Assembly (NCBI RefSeq): GCF_902713615.1
Contig: NC_052163.1
Span: forward strand, 37,334,248-37,398,247
Length of the DNA stretch: 64,000 nucleotides
Reading direction: 5' to 3'
Origin: Scyliorhinus canicula
Lineage: Eukaryota
Made by a program: the position numbers and the translations under genes. How positions within the stretch are numbered: the first letter of the stretch is position 1; each line of letters starts with the position of its first letter. Of the stretch, positions 23,652 to 33,488 are shown in pieces. The notes under the pieces are model-generated. The model searched no databases. It was not told the origin of the DNA and was given only the letters and a program-made list of their open reading frames with translations.

Positions 23652-25754
23652 ATCTACATCCATCAGAGAAGGCAGATGGGCCCTTGATTTAAGAAGTAGC
23701 AAGGGACAGGTTGAGCAAGTTGGGATCATACCATTGGATTTCTGAAGGTGATCTTATTAAAGTATGCAAGATTGTGATGGGGCTTGATAGAATAGATGCT
23801 GAGAGAATGGCCCAGATCTTCCAGTAACAGCTATCCTGTTTTGTTTGCCACTGACTATGAAGATAATTATGCCCCTACTTTTTTTTCCCATCCTTGCGAC
23901 CAAGTTGTCCTGTTCTGGCCAGAGCAGTGATTCCTTAACCCAGCGATCCACTGAGACAATGGTGAAGGGGAGCAGTGGAGGACACACACCCCATATTTAA
24001 AACACCAGGTGCTCACTTAGGTTTTTAAATGCCTTAAGGATTTTAATGGAGTTAATTGGGGTGAAGATGTTGCAAGATGGTGTGGGTAGTTAAGGCACAC
24101 TTGGATGAATCAGTCGTGTGGCGGTGGGTATTCAGGTCATGTAGTTGGGTAGCTTAGTCGAGTGGTTGTGTAGTCAGGTGGGGGGTGGGAGAGTCAGGTT
24201 GGGAAACTGGATAATTGCAGGGTGAGCATTCAGAGGCCAGTAATCATGAGGAAGTTGGGGCAGTTGTGGTGGGTCGGAGTTGTGTGAGTACCACGGAGGC
24301 TTGTGTGTGGGTGGATGTTGGGGGCAGTAGGGTGGAATTTGCTGTTAAATGTTGACTTATGCCTGAAACAGCAGAGCAATACCTAGGTAAATATCTGGGT
24401 AAGCATTGTACAGCAGGCCCAACTCTGTCACTGAGATCAGTCTCTGAGATATTTTGGGGGGGACCCAGGAAGTGTAAATCTGCCCAGCAGATGTGTAGAC
24501 TTCCCAGGCAGTGCCATGTATGTGTGGACATTCGGCTTTCTGAAGGGTCCCGATGCACAACAGAAGCAAATGCCTCAACATTCGCCAGAAAGATCCAGGC
24601 TAATATTTCCCCTTGTGTGGGAATCTAGAACTGGGGGTACAATTCCAGAATAAGTTGTTGCCCAGTTAAGTTGAAGTTGGGAGGCTGGAGAGCAGTATAT
24701 ATTTTCTCAGAAGGTTGTTAACCTTTGTAATTCTCTAATCCAGAGAGTACTGGAGGCTGGGTCATTGAATATATTGAAGCCTGAGCTGGGCAGATTTTTG
24801 AGCTACAAGGGAGCCAAGGAAAAGGTGGACAAGTGGCATTGAGGCCACAGTCAGGTCATCTGGGACTCACTGCCCACCCCCAGACTACCGACTCACCCAA
24901 GTGGAAACAATCAATGATTATGAGAGGGTATTGGATGGGCACTCGGAGGAAATAAACCCACACGGCTACTGGGAATGAGCGGGGGAATGGGATTGACTGG
25001 ATTGCTCTGCAGAGAATTAGCAAGGATGGGTTGAATGGCCTCCATCTGTGCTGTAGGTGACTGTGGAGCTTTTAGGAAACAAAAGTGAACCATTCAACGG
25101 TCAAGCAAGGCAGAACAACACCTGGAAACCTATTCCAGCAGTGTGAAGAATTAATCCAACTTGAGACACAAGCCCCCATTTAAATCTAAGTAACACAGAC
25201 TGGCTACGCCCCGTTGGATTGTGATAGATTGTGTGGCACAGCCAGGGCATGGTGCTGAGTTGAGTAGTCCAGAGTGGCAGCAGCCAGATTACATCTGCTG
25301 GTCTGGGAGAGCACTCCTGTTCCTCACTGCCCCACAAACATTGCTTCAAAGAAACTGCTTTTTCACGCCTTTTCAGCGCAAAAAGTACAAATGTACGCTC
25401 AATCTGCACCATTAAAAATATCAGTATCCTATTCATTTCATTGCTCCAAAATTTATATATTCAAGGTCTATCATCTGAAGGAGGAAGGCACTTCACGAGA
25501 ATGTTCATTAAGCATTTAGAAGATACACCATTTTTACGCATAAGCAAATTTTTTCCCAATTAAGGGGCAATTCACCTACCTTGCACATCTTTTTGGGTTG
25601 TGGGGGTGAGACCCACGCAGACACTGGAAAAATGTGCAAACTCCACATGGACATACACATAATCAATTGATACAAAATAGCAGTAAAGGAAAAAAAAAGT
25701 GATTTATAGTATTTAAAATGTATTTACAAATGATATTGATCCCAGTTTCAAATT

Positions 25755-26429
25755 CCTAGGGGTGCACATCACCAAATATCTATCCTGGTCCACTCACGTC
25801 GACGCTATCACCAAGAAAGCACAACAGCGCCTATACTTCCTCAGGAAACTAAGGAAATTTGGCATGTCCACATTAACCCTTACCAACTTTTACAGATGCA
25901 CTCTAGAAAGCATCCTATCGGGCTGCATCACAGCCTGGTATGGCAACTGCTCGGCCCAGGACCGCAAGGAACTTCAGAGAGTCGTGTATACCGCCCAGTC
26001 CATCACACAAACCTGCCTCCCATCCATTAATTCCATCTACACCTCCCGCTGCCGGGGGAAAGCGGGCAGCATAATCAAGGATCCCTCCCACCCGGCTTAC
26101 TCACTTTTCCAACTTCTTCCATTGGGCAGGAGATTCAGAAGTCTGAGAACATGCACGAACAGACTCAAAAACAGCTTCTTCCCCACTGTCACCAGATTCC
26201 TAAATGACCCTGTTATTTACTGACCTCATTAACACTACACCCTGTATGCTTCAACCGATGCCAATGCTTATGTAGTTACATTGTATATCTTGTGTTGCCC
26301 TATTATGTATTCTCATGTATTTTCTTGAATTTTGTTTAATTCCCTTTTCTAATGATCTGTTGAGCTGCTTGCAGAAAAATACTTTTCACTGTACCTCGGT
26401 ACACGTGACAATAAACAAATCCAATCCAA
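25755..26429 (+). mobile_element. Rex/Babar-type LINE 3' fragment
   Basis: KKAQQRLYFLRKL..LTNFYRCTLESILSGCITAWYGNC; aataaa..(ccaat) tail; a related copy lies at 56170-56885. Confidence 0.8.
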
Positions 26430-26524
26430 ATTGAAAATAACATAATCAGTCGAATCAGATATTACAAAAAATAGATTTATTTTTCAGTTAAGAAAAGGTT
26501 CCATCAAATAGTTAGACCAGCATA

Positions 26525-26710
26525 GGGGCTGGTTTAGCTCACTCGGCTAAATTGCTGGCTTTTAAAGCAGACCAAGCAGGCCAGCAACACGGTTCGATTC
26601 CCGTACCAGCCTCCCCCGACAGGCAACGGAAAGTGGCGACTAGGGGCTTTTCACAGTAACTTCATTGAAACCTACAGTAAGCGATTTTCATTTCATTTTT
26701 TTTCATTTCA
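26525..26710 (+). mobile_element. Short tRNA-derived SINE
   Basis: ggggctggtttagctcac..ggttcgattccc head and (ttcat)n tail. Confidence 0.8.
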
Positions 26711-27448
26711 TAGTCAATCAACATATTGGAGAATTAAATGTTTCATTTTAATTACATTAAACCGATTTACAATTCATCACGTGGAAATATAATTGCATAA
26801 TTTTTTGCAACAGGAAATACTCTTGCTACTTCAGTTTTCTCATGTAGTTGCATGCAATGGTATTTTCTCTCCTGGGTGAAAAATACAGTCCAGCACACAA
26901 GCCCTTTCACAATATTTCTGTAATCAACCTGCAGGAAGCACATTTTCAAAGTACGAAAGAGTCTCTAAGATCTTATTCTCCTTTTACAGAGTGCCGTGGA
27001 AGTCACAAACAAATCCAGGTGTAAAATAGGGATATCCTTGAAAAACGGCCAGGATTGAGACCAAGCTCTCTAGTTTGTGGCGTTCTTATGTTTTGTGGAT
27101 CAATTGATTTATGAATGGTGTTAGTATACAACCAGTATGTGGCATTGGTTTTCTGTCGACGAAAACAAATAGTGAAGAGTCCACAAAGTGGCAGAGGCAG
27201 AATTACTTTTCATAACAGTCCCCTAAAGATAGTTGGAGATCCTGGAAAGCAAACCAACAGTGCTTGAAATAATTTGTCTGATGTAAATTCACCTTCCACT
27301 ATTCAGACGATACAGAAGGACATGGCTGGGATGTGATGTATGTTTGAAGCATCATATCGCAAAAACGTTCTTAAAGTAATCCATATTAATGCATTCATCG
27401 CATGCAGAAATAAGACGTATTCACTGCAATCATTATTAAATGTCAGCA

Positions 27449-27465
27449 TCATGTGAGCTTGACAT
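27449..27465 (-). CDS. Gene 2 candidate terminal coding exon (D)VKLT-stop; 3'UTR possibly to about 26455
   Basis: Very strong acceptor t10ccttttaacag|AT; phase-1 reading gives DVKLT*, similar to VQLR* in gene 3; minus-strand AATAAA at 26476-26481. Confidence 0.5.
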
Positions 27466-28804
27466 CTGTTAAAAGGAAAAAAAAAATTATTAAACCAGTG
27501 AGACAGAAAGCTTCCAAAAATTAATTAGATGTTTGAAATCGCACCTACCATTGGCATTGCCGACTGTCTTCTAGCTGTTGAAAGTAAAACAAAAGAAAAA
27601 ATAATTAATTTATTTTTTCTTGTACGAAATAGTTCGTTATTTGTTGGGAGTTCCACAACTCCGAGTCATATATATGAAAAACAGCAATCTCTGTACAATT
27701 GTGATCATTTTTACAGTCATGAACAATGCTCACATTTTCCTTAATTAACTTTTAAACAACTTCTCCGACTTACTTGTCCAGTGCTAAAAAAAAATGATCT
27801 TACAAGAAATAATAACTGCAGTCACCTATCCGCCTTACAATTTTCCTTCTTCCAACTTGACTTAGTGATTATGTAGTGGTTATGTTAACAAACTATTAAT
27901 TCAAAAAGTTAGCCAATTCTAGTAATCCCAAGGACAGGTATTTAAATCCTAATATCACAGTGCAAAACCTTGAATTCAATTTTAAAAATAATGCTTGGTA
28001 TTGGTAAAAGGTGACCGTGAAGCTTCAGTCAATATTAGACCATGTCACAAAAACCCAAAGGGTTCACGAATCTCTTTTTTTCAAAGGAATCCTATAATTC
28101 TTACTGTGCCAACCTTATATGTGTCTCAAGTCCTACACAAATGTGCTTCATTCTTAACTAGCCTCTGAATTGGTCCAGCAGGTCAGTCAATTATATCAGG
28201 CTACAAAGAAGAATACTTTTAGGGCCTGTTCTGTGCTGTACTGTTCTATGTTCTATGTTCTAAATGTTGATCACACCTCGAGCATGATGGTTTTGAAGTT
28301 GACTTTCCTGCATGGTGAATGTTTCCTTACTTCCCCGACCTGATTGTTTTTTCCCCATATTAAACACTACAACTTGTGATTTGAAATACTGTCGATGACT
28401 CAGTCCTACACCTATCTCTTCCAATTCTGTTCAATGGTTGGCTCTGGCTCAATAGAAGGTGCTCCAGAACTATTCAGTCTGACTCATCTAAAGTTTTCTT
28501 ACATTCTCTAGCTAGAAGCTGGGTAGCAGCAGAAGATGGCTTATAATGGCACATTATCAGCCAATTTTACACCTAACTACTTCAACCAACTACGATGTAA
28601 GGAAATCTGAAGATTATAACCAATTAGGGAAAATTCAAAGCATTAACTTATTTTTATTAATTAAACAAATATTCGGCGAATGTGTTCATGCTCAGTAAGG
28701 TCACAGTACTGGACATCCAATGATTCAGCTGCGATGAATGTAGGAAATGGTTATATATATTGTATGATGTGTTGGTTGCAGTAAGGTTATTAAAATAACT
28801 TAGA

Positions 28805-28987
28805 ATGAATGAAATGAAAATTGTTTATTGTCACAAGTAGGCTTCAATGAAGTTACTGTGAAAATCCCCTAGTTGCCACATTCCAGTGCCTGTTCGGGGA
28901 GGCTGTTACAGGAATTGAACCATGCTGCTGGCCTGCCATGGTCTGCTTTCAAAGCCAGCGATTGAGCCCAGTGTGTTAAACAGCCCC
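28805..28987 (-). mobile_element. Short tRNA-derived SINE
   Basis: Same family as 26525-26710, in reverse orientation. Confidence 0.8.
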
Positions 28988-29759
28988 AGTTTAGGTTGAG
29001 GTATCCAGATTATAAATCTGTTAAACTATGATTAAGAGTTTACAGCTAGGCAGCCTGGGATATCACTCATGGGAGACGCTGGATCTGTTTGAGTTTCATT
29101 TTCAGCCCTGCCCTGTGTCTGTTATCTTTAGTTTAATTTGTAGAGCTCTGCTCTGGATTCTGAGGAAAGAAACTGTGTTTCTCGGACTGACTTCTGAAAG
29201 CTTCTCTCCAAAGGACTTTGTGTAAATCTGTAAGCCACTAAGTGTTAACTTTATTAAAAAGTAGCATTTGACCTGTGTGTGTAGATTTTGTTGAACTGAA
29301 ATTGTGGATGTATACTCAAGGACCTTTCTTTTTTATAGAACTTTTTAACTGTTAGTTGAAAATCGTTTTTCCCCCTGTATGTTAATGGAGTTAATCCTGT
29401 GTTATTAATAGTGTCAGTGGAATCCTTTCCTCACAATTTACAAATTGAAAAGTTGTTGGGGTCCAGTTACCTAATATAAATTGGGGTTTGGTCCAGGTAC
29501 TGGAACACTAGCTAAGAACCTATCTATATACACAAATCTGGGACGTGAACAAGAATGCCAGATAGAATTCGAAGACATCGAGAGTGCTTGAGATCCCGTT
29601 CCCTTTTTCTTGGCCAGACAATGTGGATAAACCAAGTTATCAGGTTTCCAGATTATGGGGTGTATTCAGAAACAAAAATCAAGCAAAAGTTATTTTTCAA
29701 TAAGATGATCTTGGAATTTATGTTTTAAGAAACCAGAAGCTTTAACAAAATCACCACAC

Positions 29760-29906
29760 CTGCACGTGCATTTCTCCTGAATCGAAGAATCGCTAAGATG
29801 ACTATTCCAATTGCAAGTGCGCCAACAATGATGAAGATAGCTGTGAGAACCTTAGTCTTTTTCTCTTCACTTTGGCGATCAGTATTAGGTTCGTCCAAGA
29901 AGGGAA
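29760..29906 (-). CDS. Gene 2 stalk/transmembrane exon
   Basis: tttcag|TT acceptor, G|gtgtgg donor, 147 nt, phase 1-1; VLTAIFIIVGALAIGIVILAIL followed by the basic RFRRNAR. Confidence 0.85.
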
Positions 29907-30139
29907 CTGAAAGGTTGGGTAGAAAAACATAATTAATTGTAATTTCCAACTTCAACCTTTGAATGTATGATAATGCTGATATTAATCATATAGAGATATG
30001 CTGAAGTTTGAACTGCACAGAGTAAAATGATTGCAGCAGTTTAAAAGGAGGCCCCACAACCTTCTCAAGAAAACCAGCTGTGGGTAAAAAATAGGATTTT
30101 GTGGCATTGCACACATCTTCCAATATAAGATAAAACTAC

Positions 30140-30238
30140 TACTAATAATTAATCATCTTTATTGCCACAGTAGGCTTACATTGCAAGGAAGTTAATGTGA
30201 AAAGCCCCTAGTTGTCACATTCCTGTGCCTGTTCAGGT
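30140..30238 (-). mobile_element. SINE 3' tail fragment carrying AATAAA
   Basis: ctaggggcttttcaca..gtaagcctac..aataaagatgatt matches the tails of the SINEs at 23341 and 26525. Confidence 0.75.
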
Positions 30239-30309
30239 CTTTAAAATCAGTGATTTAAACAATTATTTAAATTTTCTGAGATTGTTTTGAATAAATGGTG
30301 TGGACTTAC

Positions 30310-30606
30310 TTGGAAAATGCTTCTTAATCTCATATTTAGGCTCTTCCACGTTCCTCACAACACATGTGTAGTTGCCATCCAAAGCATTTTCTGCAACTGT
30401 GATTGGAAGTATACTGGTCATCTTGAACAGTCCCTGTTGGGTCTCTACGCTACTAGTTTTGGCGTGAGAGGTGAGGTCCGTTTTCTCATAGACAAACCAG
30501 TGAATCTCAGCGAGAGGATACCCAGTTGTTTCACAAATCAGGTCCGTTGTTCTCATTCTTCTGGTGATGTTTGATGCCAAACTCACTTTTGGCAAACTGT
30601 ACGGAG
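30310..30606 (-). CDS. Gene 2 IgC exon, PD-L1/PD-L2-like
   Basis: tttag|CT acceptor, A|gtaagt donor, 297 nt; APYSLP..LICETTGYPLAEIHW..QGLFKMTSIL..NYTCVVRN. Confidence 0.92.
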
Positions 30607-31310
30607 CTAAACATAAATTACATCCTTATTAACGTAATGGGAGAGGTGTAGAATAACATAGGCGCAGTTTTTATACTTAGCCCGCCAGCAAGCAATACAC
30701 AACACTAATTCCCAGATTTATGACAGTCATTGCGTTGAATTTCGGTTACTTAAAGTAAGGAAAGTGTAGGGGTGAAGAAAATATTCAGTGGTTCAAATTT
30801 GTGATTTTGATCTAATTTCTGAATATGTGAATTCAATACTGTTCAGGGGACTTCAGATTGTGCTTTCCCCTTTATTGTGATCATTTTTGTCTGATTGAGA
30901 AAGTAGCTTATATGGATGGCTTGCATATTTTGTCACAATATATCTGTATCTGTTTCATAATGGATTATTGTCATGGGTGCTAGTTATTGAGATTGATTAC
31001 ATAGTAAGTATTGGCTGGACGTCAAATGATGATTATCCTGTCTTACAATGTGGTCATCCAAAACATCAGTACATCCTCTCCTAACTTCAGTGGCCGAAAT
31101 ATGTTTTGAGATATCCTGAAGAGATTAAAAGTGTTCTACAAATGCAAAGTCATTATTTGTTCTCTCAACATGACCCTCATTATAACTTACTGTTTGCCTA
31201 GCTCACATGTCAAGCTTTTAGATGTGAGAATGAAATTGGCATTTATTGCCAAGTGAAGGCAACCAATAATTTACCAGGGAGAATATCAGGAAAATAATAC
31301 TCGTGCCCAC

Positions 31311-31637
31311 CTTTAACCTTCAGTGCGATGATTTTACTGGCATAACCAGCCGTTGTTGCCACAAAATATTTATAGATCCCTTGATCTGTCAGTTGTGTGT
31401 TCTGGATCAACAATGATACATCTTGTGAATCTGGATGAAGGAATTTAATTCGATTTTGAGGTACTTCCTTATCAGCTTCGAACCTAAATAAGGATGTTAC
31501 GTTTTCATTTTTTTCCACTTTACTGAGTTCAATAAAACTAAATGTTTTCTCTTTTGTTGATTTGATTGAGCAGGGCAGTTTAGTGTCTTCATTCAATATT
31601 CCTGTCACTGAAACCTCACAATCTAATGTCACAAAGC
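31311..31637 (-). CDS. Gene 2 IgV exon
   Basis: ttttcag|GC acceptor, AAAG|gtgggc donor, 327 nt; TLDCEVSVTG..TKLPC..DVSLLIQNTQLTDQGIY..IALKVK. Confidence 0.9.
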
Positions 31638-31731
31638 CTGAAAAACAAGAATTTCCATTAGCTCACATTACCTCAGTTATAATCGGTGTTCGATGGGCTA
31701 GAAATTGAGTAGCACTTAGTACAGTACTTAC

Positions 31732-31798
31732 TTTGTGCAAAGGATGCACTTCTGCACAAGACAACATAAAGGAAAATTGTTGTACTGTGTAAACCCAT
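31732..31798 (-). CDS. Gene 2 start/signal-peptide exon (MGLHSTTIFLYVVLCRSASFAQ)
   Basis: ttccag|GAATG acceptor, 67 coding nt, A|gtaagt donor, 94-nt intron to the IgV exon. Confidence 0.87.
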
Positions 31799-31857
31799 TC
31801 CTGGAATTCAGGTTACCTGCTAATTTGAAGACAAAGAAAAAATTAATCAAAAATACA

Positions 31858-32451
31858 GGGCTGAATTTTTCAAAAGGTCAGGTCCCGTTGTTGGATCTGA
31901 AAGCTGCAGACAAATTTGCTCCGGTGGGCAATGGGACCCAGGCATGGCATTTTTACTGGAGCTGTCCAATTAACAACATTTGAGGACAATGACCCGCCCC
32001 TTGCACCCTCCATCCCCCAGAGCAAACTAGAGGTCTGGCAATTCAGCAGTCTTGGCAGCAGCATCGATAGTAGCGGCTGCCTCTTGAAGGAGAGGGCACC
32101 TCAATGCCAAGGAAGGCAGCGTTCAGCAGGCTCCTGCTATAGGAAGCGAGGGCGGGGGAGAGATTATCCCAGCAGCCACTTTGGGTCTGTGGGTGGCCAT
32201 TGCCACTCGGGAGCCTTTCCATAGGCAATGGAATTCTCTTCAACCTCTCCACAGACTCTCCACAGGAATAGGTTAATACAGTAAATTGGATGGGCAATTT
32301 AGCAAAATAAATTTGGTCTATCTGGATTACCCTGCACAGTGCTGGCATGATTAGGGTCCTCTATTGGCAATGTGCTATGCTGGCAGGAAGATGTTAGACT
32401 ACTGCTAGTTCGCCTGCTGCCTCCCAATTAAAGGCTGGGAAAATCCAGCCC
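31858..32451. mobile_element. Harbinger-type MITE in gene 2 intron 1
   Basis: TIRs gggctgaatttt / aaaatccagccc. Confidence 0.6.
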
Positions 32452-32638
32452 TCAGTCATCATCTATATCAAGCCAGATTCACTTTGGCACCAGAGGTAGG
32501 TTTTATCAGGAATGTTAAGGCACTGTATACGGTTGGAATATTCAAACACACGTCAGATATATTTACATTGCCAAGAATGTTTGCTTTACACAAGTGTCAA
32601 CAAAGCAATTTGTTAAGTTTCTAAAAGTCAGTCTGTAC

Positions 32639-32890
32639 CTTTGCTTTACAAGCGGGGGGGAAAAACGAGCCCCAACCAGTCCCACACAAGACGCAGGGGG
32701 TGGGTGGTGTTCAAACCGACCAAGGAACGGTCACCATTCAAAGTCCAGCACTGCCACAACTGTCGTGGATGATTCAAGGATGTGGACACAGAACATCTCA
32801 GCTGGACCCGGAACCAAGTGCTGGGATCTGCGGGGAGCGAGTCAGGGCTGCCGGCTCTGGATGTACTGTCCAGTCTGGGATCGTTGCCTG
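32639..32890 (-). other. Probable non-coding exon 1 of gene 2
   Basis: Donor AAAG|gtacag at 32639/32638; homologous to 2438-2583 of gene 1. The 5' end is a guess. Confidence 0.45.
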
Positions 32891-33027
32891 CTCCTGTGAG
32901 CTTGCGTTGAGAACAGACAGCGAACAAAGATTTAGCTGTAGCTGATCGGCGCAGTCCCCGCACAGTTCCGCATTTGAAGTGAACACAAGAGCTGCCTCTC
33001 CCGCTCGCTTTTCTTCCTTGTTTGTCA

Positions 33028-33445
33028 ACTTTCTGTTTCGAAAGAATTGGTCAGCAGCGGTCGAGTTGGCTCAGAAAGACATTCAAGTTAGAAACAAAAA
33101 AAAATCCGGAATAAATAAATGTATCTGAGTTTCGAGCCCTCAGCGATCTCTCCCCACCAGCACTGGGGTTAAACTTGCAACACTTCATCCTAAATATCCT
33201 TCGTCTTGATTGTTCCAGGAAGTCATAGGAACAGAGGGCTGGGTCAACTAGAAACTGAAACCAAATCACTTGGGGAATTCCCGGCTTTGTATTTAAGGCC
33301 ACTTGTTGCTTCTGTGAAAACTGTGCTTTCCCCTTCATTGTCCAACCTGGGGGATTAGTCCTGGAATGTTGCTTAAGGAAGCTCCAAATAATTTATTTTT
33401 CGTTTTACTCATTCAATTATTCTGAAGTTATCATATTTCACTTCT
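33028..33445. promoter_or_regulatory. Candidate IFN/NF-kB-inducible promoter module of gene 2
   Basis: ISRE-like ACTTTCTGTTTC 33028, GAS TTCCAGGAA 33213, ISRE GAAACTGAAACC 33251, kB GGGGAATTCCC 33272, Ets/IRF-like TTTCACTTCT 33436. Confidence 0.6.
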
Positions 33446-33488
33446 GGTGCAGCAAAAGAGAGGGGGGGGGGAATAAAAAACATTAATG

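Noticed and set aside
27810-27860. Possible small cytoplasmic exon of gene 2 (aag|TCAAGTTGGAAGAAGGAAAATT|gtaagg)
   Set aside because: The acceptor lacks a polypyrimidine tract; insufficient support.
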